A stretch of DNA of 64,000 nucleotides, from positions 160,001 to 224,000 of the forward strand of contig JBFXKG010000003.1 of NCBI GenBank assembly GCA_050174015.1. Reading direction: 5' to 3'. The translations under genes and the position numbers were made by a program. This document shows, one piece after another, positions 1-10,900 of this stretch (the first letter of the stretch is position 1; the number at the start of each line of letters is the position of its first letter). The notes below the pieces were generated by a model. It worked only from the letters and a program-made list of their open reading frames with translations. It was not told where the DNA came from and ran no database searches. This DNA is from Candidatus Krumholzibacteriia bacterium. GTDB lineage: Bacteria > Krumholzibacteriota > Krumholzibacteriia > LZORAL124-64-63.

Positions 1-291
1 GCGATCTTCCGGCTGGTGGCCCTGCCCATCATCAAGCCCATCCTGGTCACCCTGGCCGCGTTCACCTTCCTCAACGCCTGGAACGACTTCATGTGGCCGC
101 TGATCGTCCTCTCGGACAGCGGCATGTACACCCTGCCGGTGGCGCTGGCCAACCTGGTCGGCGAGCACGTGCAGGACACCGAGCTGATGATGGCCGGTTC
201 CCTGCTGACCATCCTGCCGGCCCTGATCGTGTTCCTGATCTTCCAGCGCACCTACGTCGAGGGCATCATGGCCGGAGGGGTGAAGGGATGA
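1..291 (+). CDS. Carbohydrate ABC transporter permease (MalG/UgpE-like), 5'-truncated by the window edge
   Basis: Frame is open from base 1. 'FLNAWNDFMWPL...TLPVAL...LMMAGSLLTILPALIVFLIFQR..VEG' is the typical C-terminus of sugar ABC permeases. Its TGA overlaps the next ATG (ATGA). Confidence 0.93.
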   Translation, partial: AIFRLVALPIIKPILVTLAAFTFLNAWNDFMWPLIVLSDSGMYTLPVALANLVGEHVQDTELMMAGSLLTILPALIVFLIFQRTYVEGIMAGGVKG

Positions 292-3200
292 GGTCGGTCG
301 CGCCGGTTCTTCTGCTCGGATTGCTGATCTCGGGGGGTGGATGCGGGGAGAGCGGGCCGGTCCGCCTCGGCGAACCGGCCGCCTGGACCGCTCATCCGGC
401 CGACGGGGTGCAGCTCGCGCTGAGCGACGATGGGGGCGCCCTGCGCCTGGACTTCGGCTTCAGTGGCGGGGGCTACGCCATCGCCCGCCGTGACGTCGAT
501 CTGGATCTGCCCGCGAACTACGTGTTCCGGTTCCGCCTGCGGGGCGAGGCGCCCGCCAATCACCTCGAGTTCAAGCTGGTCGACGACTCGGGAGAGAACG
601 TCTGGTGGCACGTGGATCGCGACGTGGTCTGGCCCACCGAATGGAAGACGGTCACCATCAAGAAGCGCAAGATCGGCTTCGCCTGGGGCCCGGTGGGCGG
701 GGGCGAGATCGCCCACGTCGCCGCGATCGAGTTCGCTGTGACCGCAGGCAGCGGAGGCGAGGGAACGGTGTGGATCGACGGTCTGGAGCTGGTGCCCCTG
801 CCGGAAGTGATGGACCCGCCGCCCGCGCCGGTGGCCGTGGCGACCTCGCAGGAAGCAGGCTGCGACCCAGCCTTCGTTCTCGACGGTGACCCGGGGACCT
901 GGTGGGCGCCAGCGGCTGACGATGTTCAGCCGGCCTTGACCCTCGACCTGGGCCTACCCCGGGAATTCGGCGGGGTCACGCTGTGGTGGGCGCCCGGCCG
1001 CCCGGCCGCCGATTACGTGGTCGAGGGATCGGATGACGGCGAAGCCTGGACGGTCTTGCAGACCTTCACAGGCGGTAACGGCGGAACCGACGACCTGTTC
1101 CTGCCCGAGAGCGAGTGGCGCCGGGTGCGGCTGGCGCTCGGGGCACCCGGCGGCGGGCTTGCGCCCGCACTGGCGGAGTTCGTCCTGCAACCCCTGGAAT
1201 GGTCGGCCACCCGCGAGGCGTTCTTCATGGACATCGCGGGGCGCGCCCGGCGCGGGCTCTATCCGCGGGGGTTTCTCGGCGAGCCCACGGCCTGGACGAT
1301 GGTGGGAGCTGACCACGACGCCCGCGAAGGACTGCTGGGGGCAGAGGGCGCGCTGGAGGCCGGGCCCGGGGGATTCTCGATCGAGCCCTTCCTTTGGACG
1401 GGCGGGCGGTTGCTCACCTGGCAGGATGGCGTCCGTGCTGCGCGCCTCGAGGAGGGCGACCTTCCGATCCCCTCCGTCATCCGTGACACGGGTTCCTGGC
1501 GGCTGGTGATCACCGCCCTCGGTGCGGGCGAGCCCGGGCAGTCCGGACTGCTGGCCCGCTACCGCCTGGAGAACCGCGGCGCGGCGACCGATTCGGCCAC
1601 CCTGTTCCTGGCGGTGCGACCCTTCCAGGTCAATCCGCCGGTCCAGTTCCTCAACATCCGGGGCGGCTGTTCCCGCATCGGGACCATCGCCAGGGATGGA
1701 CGCACCCTCCTGGTGGACGGCGAACCGCGCGTCATCCTGCCGCGCGAGCCCGACGGTTTCGGGGCCACGGCATTCGCGGGGGGGATGGTGGTCCCGGATT
1801 TCCTGGAGAACGGCCGCTTACCAGAAGGCGGAACTGTGGACGATCCCTTCAGCGCCGCCTCCGCGGCGGCGGCCTATCATCTCGAACTGGAACCGGGGGA
1901 GTCGGCGGTCCTCCACGCATGGTTGGCCATGTATCCCTACGCGCCGGTGCCCGACCTCAGCGACCCCGATCCCATCCTCATGCAGGCCGTGGCCGGCTGG
2001 CGTTCGTCCCTCGACAGGGTGACGATCACGGGCCCTGCCGCGGCGGCCGAGGCGATCGCCTCCCTCAAGGCCCAGGTCGGGTGGATCCTCGTCAATCGGG
2101 CGGAGCAGCGCATCCAGCCCGGTGCGCGCTCGTACGCGCGGTCCTGGATCCGTGATGGTGCTTTGACCGGGGTCGCCCTCCTGCGGATGGGCCACCCCGA
2201 GGCCGTGCGGGAGTTCCTGGAGTGGTTCGCGCCCCACCAGTACGACAACGGCAAGATCCCCTGCGTGGTGGACTGGCGGGGCGCCGACCCGGTGCCCGAG
2301 CACGATTCCACCGGCGAGTTCATCCACCTGGCCTCCGAGTACTACCGCTACACGGGTGACCGCGCGGTGCTGGAGACCATGTGGCCTCGCATCCTTCTGG
2401 GCGTGGAGTACCTGGAATCCCTGCTGGATGAGCGGCGCACCCCCGAGTACGAGGGGTCCGCCTTCTACGGCATCCTGCCCCCGTCGATCAGCCACGAGGG
2501 CTATTCCGCCAAGCCCATGCACTCGTACTGGGACGACTTCTGGGCGTTGCGCGGCCTGAAGGACGCGGCCCGCCTGGCGCTGGATTTCGAGCCCGCTCGG
2601 GTGGCCGACCTCGCGGCGAAGCGCGACCGGTTCGCCGCCGACTTAAAGTACTCGGTTGCCGCGGCCATGGCCCTGCACGGGATCGACTACGTGCCCGGAT
2701 GCGCGGACCTCGGCGACTTCGACGCCACCTCGACGACCATCGCCCTGGATCCCGCGGCCGCGGAGAATCTGCTGCCGCCCGGCGCCCTGGAGCGCACCTT
2801 CGAACGGTACTGGGACTTCTTCGCCGGCCGGCGCGACGGCGAGCCCTGGGACGCCTTCACCCCGTACGAGATCCGAAACATCGGGGCCTGCGTGCGCCTC
2901 GGTTGGCGCGACCGGGTCCAGGACCTGCTGGCCTTCTTCCTGGATCACCGAACCCCTGCCGGCTGGCGCCAGTGGGCCGAGGTGGTGGGCAGCGATCCGG
3001 ACCACGCCCGCTTCATCGGGGACATGCCCCACACCTGGGTGGGCTCGGACTACGTCCGCAGCTGCCTCGACCTGTTCGTCTACGAGGAGGGTGTGGCCGG
3101 ACCGGACGGTCCGGCCCTGGTGCTGGGGGCGGGGGTTCCGGCGGAATGGCTTGGCGGCAAGGGTATCCGTGTCGGCGGTTTGCCCACTCCCTACGGTTCC

Positions 3201-3398
3201 ATCTCATACCACCTGTGGCAGGATGGAAACGCGGTCATCCTCGAACTGGAGCCTGGCGCCGGCCCCCCGGGGGGCTTCGTCCTCGATCCGCCGCTGCCGG
3301 GTGCGCCGGTGCGGATAACGGGAGCGCCGGAAGAGAAGGATGGCCGGGGGAGGGTCGTGGTCAGGGAGGGGCCGGTGAGGGTGAGGTGGGAGTTCTAA
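288..3398 (+). CDS. Lipoprotein with a CBM-like domain, an F5/8-type C (discoidin) domain and a C-terminal (alpha/alpha)6 glycoside hydrolase-like domain
   Basis: ATG at 288 is coupled to the permease stop. Signal/lipobox-like 'MRSVAPVLLLGLLISGGGC'; discoidin-like 'LDGDPGTWW...LTLDLG...YVVEGSDDGEAW'; six-hairpin glycosidase-like 'SYARSWIRDG', 'PEHDSTGEF', 'HSYWDDFWALRG'. Confidence 0.8.
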   Translation: MRSVAPVLLLGLLISGGGCGESGPVRLGEPAAWTAHPADGVQLALSDDGGALRLDFGFSGGGYAIARRDVDLDLPANYVFRFRLRGEAPANHLEFKLVDDSGENVWWHVDRDVVWPTEWKTVTIKKRKIGFAWGPVGGGEIAHVAAIEFAVTAGSGGEGTVWIDGLELVPLPEVMDPPPAPVAVATSQEAGCDPAFVLDGDPGTWWAPAADDVQPALTLDLGLPREFGGVTLWWAPGRPAADYVVEGSDDGEAWTVLQTFTGGNGGTDDLFLPESEWRRVRLALGAPGGGLAPALAEFVLQPLEWSATREAFFMDIAGRARRGLYPRGFLGEPTAWTMVGADHDAREGLLGAEGALEAGPGGFSIEPFLWTGGRLLTWQDGVRAARLEEGDLPIPSVIRDTGSWRLVITALGAGEPGQSGLLARYRLENRGAATDSATLFLAVRPFQVNPPVQFLNIRGGCSRIGTIARDGRTLLVDGEPRVILPREPDGFGATAFAGGMVVPDFLENGRLPEGGTVDDPFSAASAAAAYHLELEPGESAVLHAWLAMYPYAPVPDLSDPDPILMQAVAGWRSSLDRVTITGPAAAAEAIASLKAQVGWILVNRAEQRIQPGARSYARSWIRDGALTGVALLRMGHPEAVREFLEWFAPHQYDNGKIPCVVDWRGADPVPEHDSTGEFIHLASEYYRYTGDRAVLETMWPRILLGVEYLESLLDERRTPEYEGSAFYGILPPSISHEGYSAKPMHSYWDDFWALRGLKDAARLALDFEPARVADLAAKRDRFAADLKYSVAAAMALHGIDYVPGCADLGDFDATSTTIALDPAAAENLLPPGALERTFERYWDFFAGRRDGEPWDAFTPYEIRNIGACVRLGWRDRVQDLLAFFLDHRTPAGWRQWAEVVGSDPDHARFIGDMPHTWVGSDYVRSCLDLFVYEEGVAGPDGPALVLGAGVPAEWLGGKGIRVGGLPTPYGSISYHLWQDGNAVILELEPGAGPPGGFVLDPPLPGAPVRITGAPEEKDGRGRVVVREGPVRVRWEF

Positions 3399-3466
3399 CT
3401 TGAATAGTCAGGGTCCCCCACATTTCAAGGTAGTGGGTCTAAGTCGGAAACAAAAAAAGGACAAGC

Positions 3467-5725
3467 CTACCTTACCATTACCATTCGGCCTGTCTGCTTA
3501 TGCCCGCCGGATTCAAGGAGGTAGAAGTACACACCGGCTGCAACCGTTCGCCCGCGGTCGTCACGGCCATCCCAGTAGGCTTGGTGAATTCCTGCATCCA
3601 AGGTATTTCCGGAAATCAGTGTTTTGATTTGCCGTCCCAAAATGTCATAAACGATCAAGCTCGTTGGCCCAAAATCATGTAGCGAAAAACTAATCGTCGT
3701 ACTGGGATGGAATGGATTAGGGTCGGAACTGGTAACGAAATTAGCTTCTTTATCAAGTTTGGAGCCTTTTACCATCCCAAAATTTTGTTTTTCCGTTTGA
3801 TCTGAACACTGAACCGGGGTAACAATGAATTGAGCTTCACCCCCCGTTTCCTGGCAATAAAACACGTTCTCGCCAAAAACATCCAAACCTGAAATCCCAT
3901 ACCCCCCAATTGTCCCGATCATCTTTGGCGCTGCCGGATCGGCAATTGATATTACCAGAATATTCAATTCAATATCGGCACCACCACCTCCTGATAAATA
4001 AGAGTAAAGAACATCCCCGTAACCACACGTGGATGTGATCCGAGGCAAGGGATTGAAAGTGCCTGCAGTAAAGGGGTGCTGAATATCCGAAATGTCGATG
4101 ATACGAATTCCAGCATAATCTTGGGAAATAATGGCAAATTCTCCGTTCAGAAAAATATCTGCACACCGGGCAACTGTTGAAATTCGGCTCAGCACAGTTG
4201 GGTTGAAAATGTCGGATACATCAAGCATTAGCAATTCCGTAGAATCACCGACGAACGCAACCCTCTCTCGCATTTCCAATGAAGAGGGGTATTCGGTCAG
4301 TTCATAGGTCGAACCTAATACCGGTAATGCTGGATCACTGATGTCTACTGCAACTGCATGACCGTTCACGATAACCACCATTCGGTCGCCAGATACGGCC
4401 AACCGATTGGCATTTCCATCGATGAGTCCCCGAAATTTCCTGATGGGACCGACTTCCGGCTTATATTGATAAATAGAGAGGTAACATTTTTGTTCAATAA
4501 AATCCTTTTCAATCGCAAAAATCCACGAGTCCTGGATGGCTACGTCATAAGTAGCCAAAAAACCGTATTCGCTGGGTGTTTGGTACTCAATAAAAGAGGC
4601 TGATGGGTCTGAAATGTTTACAAAATACTTTGTTCCTGTTCCGTACAATAGGACCCTGTCATGGTTTGCAGCAACCCGAAAAGATCTCCAAGGCGAAAAG
4701 GAAAGACCGATGTTTTCTGGCTCAGTTGCCGGGTTGGTTGCATTGAAAACCTGCATGCCTGAATAATATCTTGTTGAAACACAGACGATCCCATCATCGA
4801 CGCCGATTTCAGTAGCGGAATCCACTACAGCCCGGTATCCAAGTTTAACCGGGGACTGGGGGTTGGAGACATCAACGGAGTAAATCCCGCTGATATAGCC
4901 ACTCCCTGCGCCGTCTGCTATGTACAATACACTATCGTCTATATCAAGTCCGACCGCCAAGGACGCTGTATTGAATTCACTAACGACTCTCGGCGCATCC
5001 GGGCTTGAAATATCCAGAACAACGACGCCAATGGATCCGGCGGCAACATATGCAGTTTCACCGTCGATCAGAATGTCCAAGGGTTCTCGGTATCCGATCT
5101 CCACTGATCCCAAGAAGATTGGATTCACGGGATCGTCCAGGGCCCAAAAACTGACTAACCCGACATCTTCGCATATGGCGAAAACCCCATTTCCATAACC
5201 GACGCCAATTCCATTTCCGCTTGTCGGAATCATCCCCACAACGATGGGTCTATCGAGGTTCCGAACATCCACGATCACCGGAATGTTGCGTGGGCATGCC
5301 AGAACGGCAACCTCACTTGTCGCGGCAACATCCACCGGCCGACAACCCACGTCCGTTTGGGAAATCAGAGCAGGAGAATACGGATCAGAAATATTGACGA
5401 TACCAAGAAATCCAACATCACCGGTCCCGTATTCGGATATAAAAATATGATTGCCTATCAAATCCATTCCTTCAGTAAAAATATTGAGATTAACCGAACC
5501 GATCTCCCTCGGGGTTTCTGGGTTCGAAATGTCAACCGCAACTAATCCGGATCGAGAAATATATGCCAAATTCCCAGTGACGATCACATCTGCCTCAATG
5601 CTCCTGCTGGGAAGGCTGTTCAGCCAGTGCATATAGTTGCCATAATCCAAACACGCATCTTCGGCGAAGCTGGACAGAGTGGAACAGGCAATGGCCAAAG
5701 CAAGTATAACCATTATTTTTCTCAT
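3467..5725 (-). CDS. Secreted LVIVD-repeat (beta-propeller) protein with a FlgD-like/T9SS-type C-terminal domain; AT-rich gene
   Basis: Signal peptide MRKIMVILALAIACSTLSSFA with GGGGGA upstream. Many 'V.D.S.P..P' repeats (VDISNPETP, LDISSPDAP, VDVSNPQSP, VDISDPALP). C-terminal 'PNPFHPSTTISF..YDILGRQIKTL..WDGRDDRGRTVAAGVYFY..MVMVR'. Confidence 0.88.
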   Translation of the reverse strand: MRKIMVILALAIACSTLSSFAEDACLDYGNYMHWLNSLPSRSIEADVIVTGNLAYISRSGLVAVDISNPETPREIGSVNLNIFTEGMDLIGNHIFISEYGTGDVGFLGIVNISDPYSPALISQTDVGCRPVDVAATSEVAVLACPRNIPVIVDVRNLDRPIVVGMIPTSGNGIGVGYGNGVFAICEDVGLVSFWALDDPVNPIFLGSVEIGYREPLDILIDGETAYVAAGSIGVVVLDISSPDAPRVVSEFNTASLAVGLDIDDSVLYIADGAGSGYISGIYSVDVSNPQSPVKLGYRAVVDSATEIGVDDGIVCVSTRYYSGMQVFNATNPATEPENIGLSFSPWRSFRVAANHDRVLLYGTGTKYFVNISDPSASFIEYQTPSEYGFLATYDVAIQDSWIFAIEKDFIEQKCYLSIYQYKPEVGPIRKFRGLIDGNANRLAVSGDRMVVIVNGHAVAVDISDPALPVLGSTYELTEYPSSLEMRERVAFVGDSTELLMLDVSDIFNPTVLSRISTVARCADIFLNGEFAIISQDYAGIRIIDISDIQHPFTAGTFNPLPRITSTCGYGDVLYSYLSGGGGADIELNILVISIADPAAPKMIGTIGGYGISGLDVFGENVFYCQETGGEAQFIVTPVQCSDQTEKQNFGMVKGSKLDKEANFVTSSDPNPFHPSTTISFSLHDFGPTSLIVYDILGRQIKTLISGNTLDAGIHQAYWDGRDDRGRTVAAGVYFYLLESGGHKQTGRMVMVR

Positions 5726-5828
5726 TGTGATTCCCCCAAAATGGTAAGCAATACATTTTGCTTGATTCAATGTTAACACAAAATTTCTGGTTTTTGGGGT
5801 TTATCCGGGAAATTGGAGCATATTTCCA

Positions 5829-6536
5829 TCACTTTGAACTCAGGCCCAGCGCCTCCCTCACCCCCCTGGTCCACACCGCATATCCCTCCGCATTCAGGTG
5901 CAGCCCGTCCTCGAGGAAAAGTTCGGGGCGCGGTTTGCCGTCAGGCCCGAGCATGGGCGAGGCGACGTCGATGAACTGCAGAAGGGAATCCGTGGCGCAC
6001 TGCGCAGCCATCAGCGCGTTGGCCTTCTCCATGGCCGGCCACTTGTCCCAGCGCGCGATGCTGGGCTTGATGGACAGCAGGTGGATCCGCGTGCCGGGCA
6101 GGGCCCCGCGCACCCGCAGGACGAGCGCGCCGAAGACGTCGCTCACCTGCTCGGGCGGCACCCCGAAGTCGATGTCGTTGTCGCCTTCGTACAGGAGGAT
6201 GTCCGAGGGCCGGTAGGGCACCACGATGCGGCCCGCGAAGTACAGCACGTCGAGCATGGTGCTGCCCCCGAACCCGCGGGGGATGACCACGAGCGGCGCG
6301 AGATCCTGCGCGATGGTGCCGTGCCACATGCGTATGCTCGAGCTGCCGATGCAGAGCCAGGCGTCCGCGGGCGGAAACGCGACCCTGTCCTCGGCCTCGA
6401 TGGCCGCCACGTCGCCCTCGAACCGGGTGGGGTCGGGATAGAACGTCGCCTCCTCGCTGTCCTGGCCGAAAACGGTCCCGATCGCCGCGGCCCCCAGCAG
6501 AAGGGCCACGACCGAAAGCACATTCAGGATCCTCAT
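5829..6536 (-). CDS. Secreted SGNH/GDSL-family hydrolase (esterase)
   Basis: Signal peptide; 'IGSSSIRMW', 'RGFGGS', 'YEGDND', 'DGLHLNAEGY' match the SGNH blocks. ATGA overlap with the GH1 stop. Confidence 0.9.
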   Translation of the reverse strand: MRILNVLSVVALLLGAAAIGTVFGQDSEEATFYPDPTRFEGDVAAIEAEDRVAFPPADAWLCIGSSSIRMWHGTIAQDLAPLVVIPRGFGGSTMLDVLYFAGRIVVPYRPSDILLYEGDNDIDFGVPPEQVSDVFGALVLRVRGALPGTRIHLLSIKPSIARWDKWPAMEKANALMAAQCATDSLLQFIDVASPMLGPDGKPRPELFLEDGLHLNAEGYAVWTRGVREALGLSSK

Positions 6537-7897
6537 GGCACGTTCCTTTCGGGATCCTCTTCGAGGATCGCTCCGTTCGATCCGATCACCTCGCGGTAGA
6601 ACCGCCCGCTGTCCTTCAGGGTCCGGTCCTGCGTGACCGGGTCCACCCGGTACAGCCCGAACCGCTTGGCGTAGCCGCAGGCCCACTCGAAGTTGTCCAG
6701 CAGGGACCAGGCCAGGTAGCCCCGCAGGTCCACCCCGGCGGCGATGGCCTCGCGCGCGGCCAGCAGGTGGCGGCGCAAATAGTCCACCCTCAAGACGTCG
6801 GGGATCCGCCCATCGGCAGCGGGCTCCGGATCGACGAACGCCGCACCGTTCTCGGTGATGTACACCGGAGGGTTGCCGTAGCGGTCCTTGATCCAGGTGA
6901 GCACGCGCACGAGGCTGGCCGGATGGACCTCCCAGCCCAGTTCCGTGTACACCGCGCCCGGCTGCCGCACGGGGGACGCGCCCACGGGTACGGCGGCTGG
7001 ATCGTGCCGGTTCACCGACCGGGTGTAGTAGTTCAGGCCGATGAAGTCGACGGGTTCGCCGATCAGGGCGAAGTCGTCGGCGGGAAAATCGGGCCACCGG
7101 GCGCCGAAGATCTCCGCCATCTCCAGCGGGTAGCGGCCGAGCAGGAGCGGATCCAGGTACTGCCGGTTCATGTAGGCGTCCGCGCGCCGGGTGGCCGCCA
7201 GGTCGGCGGGAGAGTCCGTCGCGGGATCCTTGGGTTCCAGGTTCACCACGATGCCGATGCGGCCGCGCCCCTGGGCGCGGAAGCAGCGCACCGCCTGGCC
7301 GTGGGCCCGCAGCAGGTTGTGGGTGGCCAGGGGTGCAGCGGCCAGATCCTTCAGCCCGGGCGGATGCACGCCGTGCACGTAGCCCGCATCCACCACGACC
7401 CAGGGTTCGTTCTGCGTCGCCCACAGGTCCACGCGGTCCCCCAGGCGCCCGAAGACCACGCCGGCGTAATCGGCGAACCAGTCGGCGCTGTCGCGGTTCC
7501 GCCAGCCGCCCCGCTCATCCAGCGCGGCCGGCAGGTCCCAGTGGAACAGGGTGGGGACGGGCTGGATGCCCGAGGCCATCAGCCGGTCCACCAGACGGTC
7601 GTAGAAGTCCAGTCCGGCCGCGTTGACCGTGCCCGTGCCCTGGGGAAGGATGCGGCTCCAGGAGAGGCTGAAGCGGTAGGCCTGCAGGCCCAGGTCGCGC
7701 ATCAGGCGGACGTCTTCGCGCCAGCGCCGGTAGTGGTCGCAGGCCACGTCCCCGTTCTCGCCGTTGGGTGTACGCCCCTTCTCGTGCGTGAAGAGGTGCC
7801 AGTTGCTCGGACCGGCCCCGTCGGCCAGGGGCGAGCCCTCGATCTGGTAGGCGGACGTGGCCGCTCCCCAGAGGAATCCCCGCGGGAATCCTGCCAT
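6533..7897 (-). CDS. GH1 beta-glucosidase
   Basis: 'FPRGFLWGAATSAYQIEG', 'TLFHWDLP', 'TQNEP' (acid/base), 'ITENG' (nucleophile), 'WSLLDNFEW'. An alternative GTG start at 7906 overlaps the upstream stop. Confidence 0.96.
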   Translation of the reverse strand: MAGFPRGFLWGAATSAYQIEGSPLADGAGPSNWHLFTHEKGRTPNGENGDVACDHYRRWREDVRLMRDLGLQAYRFSLSWSRILPQGTGTVNAAGLDFYDRLVDRLMASGIQPVPTLFHWDLPAALDERGGWRNRDSADWFADYAGVVFGRLGDRVDLWATQNEPWVVVDAGYVHGVHPPGLKDLAAAPLATHNLLRAHGQAVRCFRAQGRGRIGIVVNLEPKDPATDSPADLAATRRADAYMNRQYLDPLLLGRYPLEMAEIFGARWPDFPADDFALIGEPVDFIGLNYYTRSVNRHDPAAVPVGASPVRQPGAVYTELGWEVHPASLVRVLTWIKDRYGNPPVYITENGAAFVDPEPAADGRIPDVLRVDYLRRHLLAAREAIAAGVDLRGYLAWSLLDNFEWACGYAKRFGLYRVDPVTQDRTLKDSGRFYREVIGSNGAILEEDPERNVP

Positions 7898-7902
7898 GAC
7901 GC

Positions 7903-10900
7903 TCACTTCTTCCGCGTTCCGAGGACCAGGGTGATGGAATGGGTGCGGCCGTCCCGGACCAGGGGGGCGCGGGCGCCGGAGCCCTCGAGGGGGAGCGGTG
8001 CGCCGTCCAGTTCGGCCCGGACGACACGCTCGCTGCACCGGTCGGGATTGGTCACGGTGATCTCGTAGCGGGTCCCGGCGGAGCCCGGCACGCGCCAGGA
8101 CAGGGTGTAGCCGGGCCAGGCGTCGGGGACGCAGGGCACAAGCCGCAGGGAGTCCCCTTCGGGCTGCAAACCGAGGATGGATTCCAGGGCCACCCTCAGC
8201 ATCCAGCCGGAGGAACCGGTGTACCAGGTCCAGCCGCCGCGCCCGATGTGGGGCTCGGCGCCGTAGACGTCGGCCGCCACGACGTAGGGCTCCACCTGAT
8301 AGCGGGCGACCTGTTCGGGCGTGGCCGAGTGGAGCACCGGATTCAGCAGGTCGAGGAGGGCCGCGGCGCGGTTGCGCCGGCCCAGCTTCGCCATGGCCCG
8401 CACCACCCACAGGGCGGCGTGGGTGTACTGGCCGCCGTTCTCCCGGACGCCGGCCACGTAGCCCTTGATGTAGCCGGGGTCGTGGGCGGTGTCGACGAAC
8501 GGCGGGGTCAGCAGGCGGATCAGCCGGGCCTCGTCGTCGATGAGGTGTTCCTCGACCGCGTTCATCACACCGGCGGCCCGCTCGGGGGAGGCCACGTCCG
8601 AAAGCACGGACCAGGCCTGGGCCAGGGCGTCGATGCGGCATTCTCTGTTGCCGCTGCTGCCCAGCGGCGTCCCGTCGTCGTAGTAGCCCCGCCGGTACCA
8701 GGCGCCGTCCCAGCCGGTCTCGTTCAGGGTCCGGGCCAGATGGTCGCGGTGGGCGCGGTACCGGGCGGCGCGCTCGCGGTCGCCGCGCGCCTCGCACACC
8801 GGGGCGAACCCGTCGATGATCACCGCCAGGAAGAAGCCCATCCACACGCTCTCGCCGCGGCCCTCGCGGCCCACGCGGTTCATGCCGTCGTTCCAGTCGC
8901 CGGTCCCGAACAGGGGCAGGCCGTGGGCGCCGACCGCCAGCGACCGGTCGAGGGCCCGGCAGCAGTGCTCGTACACAGACGCCGATTCGCCCGAGAGCTG
9001 CGGCTCCAGGAAGACCTCGTCCTGCCCCGGCTCGAGCAGGGGCGCCTGCAGGAAAGGCGCATCCTCGTCCAGCACGGACCGGTCGCCCGTGGCGCGGACG
9101 TAATCCACCACCGCGAACGGCAGCCACAGGAGGTCGTCGGCGAAGCGGGTGCGGATGCCCCGGCTCACCGGCGGATGCCACCAGTGCAGGACGTCCCCCT
9201 CGCGGAACTGGTGCCCGGCGTGAAGGACGATCTGGCGGCGGGTCAGTTCGGGCCACAGGGCGGTCAGGGACAGCGAGTCCTGGAGCTGGTCCCGGAAACC
9301 GAACGCCCCGCCGGACTGGTAGAAGGCCGACCGGCCCCGGATGCGGCAGGCCAGGGTCTGGTAGCCCAGCCAGCCGTTGACCATGAGGTCCAGGGCGGGC
9401 GAAGGGGTCTGCACCCGGATGCCGTCGAGCCCCTCTCGCCAGAAATCACTCGCCTGTCGGTACTGCTCCTCGACGGCGCCCGGCCTGGCCCATCTCGCGG
9501 CCAGCGCGGCGGCGGCCTCGGGATCGGACGCCTCGCCCAGCAGGAAGGTCACCTCGACGGTGGCGCCCGCCGGCGCCTCCAGGTCGGTCTGGAGAGAGAA
9601 GCAGGGGTCCAGGTCCCGGCCGGTGCGGCCGTCGATGGGACCGTTGGCCAGGCCGGCAGGCAGGGCGGGGTCGAGATCGGGGCCCAGGAAGGAGCCCCGA
9701 TCGGCGGTGTGGAAGACGGCCGCGCCGTCCGGAACGATCGCCCGGGCGAAGGCGGCACGTGAGGCGAATTCCCCCGCGGCGGGATTGCGGGCGATCAGGA
9801 GCCCGGGATCCGAAAGGTAAGCCGTCGCGACGTGCGGAGGGGTCCGGTCGGGCGAACCGCCGAGTACCAGCTGGTCGTAGGCGAACAGGGACAGGCTGCG
9901 GGGGCTGCCGCCCCGATTGGTCACCCGGATCCGTGCGGCGCGGACCGGTTCGGTCTTCGCGACGAAGACCAGGGTCTCGATCTCGAGGTCGCGGAGAGGG
10001 CCTGCGTCCGGCGTCCGGAGACAGCGGCTGTACCCCAGGCCGTGGCGCATCTCGTAACGGCCACCGGCGGGGATGGGCCCGGGCAGGCAGGAACAGTAGG
10101 CGCCGGACCCGTTGTCGCGCAGGTACAGCGCCTGGCCGTGGGGATCGAGAACCGGATCGTTGAACCAGGGGGTGAGCCGGTGTTCGCGGCTGTTGCCGCT
10201 CCAGGTGCAACCGGCGCCGGTCTCGCTGACGATGCAGCCCAATTCCTCGTTGGCCAGGACGTTGGTCCAGGGGCAGGGGGGAACCCGCAGGGTGCCGTCC
10301 GGCCGGCATTCCAGACGGATGACGTATTCCCGGGCCTCGGCCGCGAAGCCCCCGAATCCGTTGTAGAACTGCAGCGCGGCCCCCCCGGGGGGGGCCGCTT
10401 TCCGGGTCGTTTCCCCTTCAGCCGCGATCCGTGGAGGGTTTGAAACCGATTTCAAGGGGAATCGGCCTGCCTCGCACAAGCCCGCCCCGGCCACCAGGCC
10501 GATCGCCTCCCTGCGGTCGGGGGCGACGCCCAGCAGGAATGTCAGGGTGGCCGAGGCCTCCGGCTCCAGGCGCACCTCCCGCCGCAGGCTCACGACCGGA
10601 TCCAGGACGTTGCCGACGGTGCCGCTCAGCGGGAACCGGGACAGGAGGGCTGCCGGACGGGCCGGGTGCCTGCCGCGGCCGAAGAACCGAGCCCGGTCGG
10701 TCTCCCATTCCACCGGCCCGGCGACCGATCCGGGCGATACCAGGGGTTCCGGACCCAGGAGAGCGTGGACCACGACGGGGTGGCTCTCGTCGGCGCCCCG
10801 GGGCCTGCGGCGCACCAGCAGCAGGCCCGCCCCTTCCCCGGGAACGTATTCGGTCTGGAGGAAGAGCTTGGAGAAGACGGGATGGGAGGCGTGGGCGTCA

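Noticed and set aside
3399..5828. IS or prophage call for the AT-rich islet
   Set aside because: No transposase, integrase, terminal repeats or target-site duplication visible.
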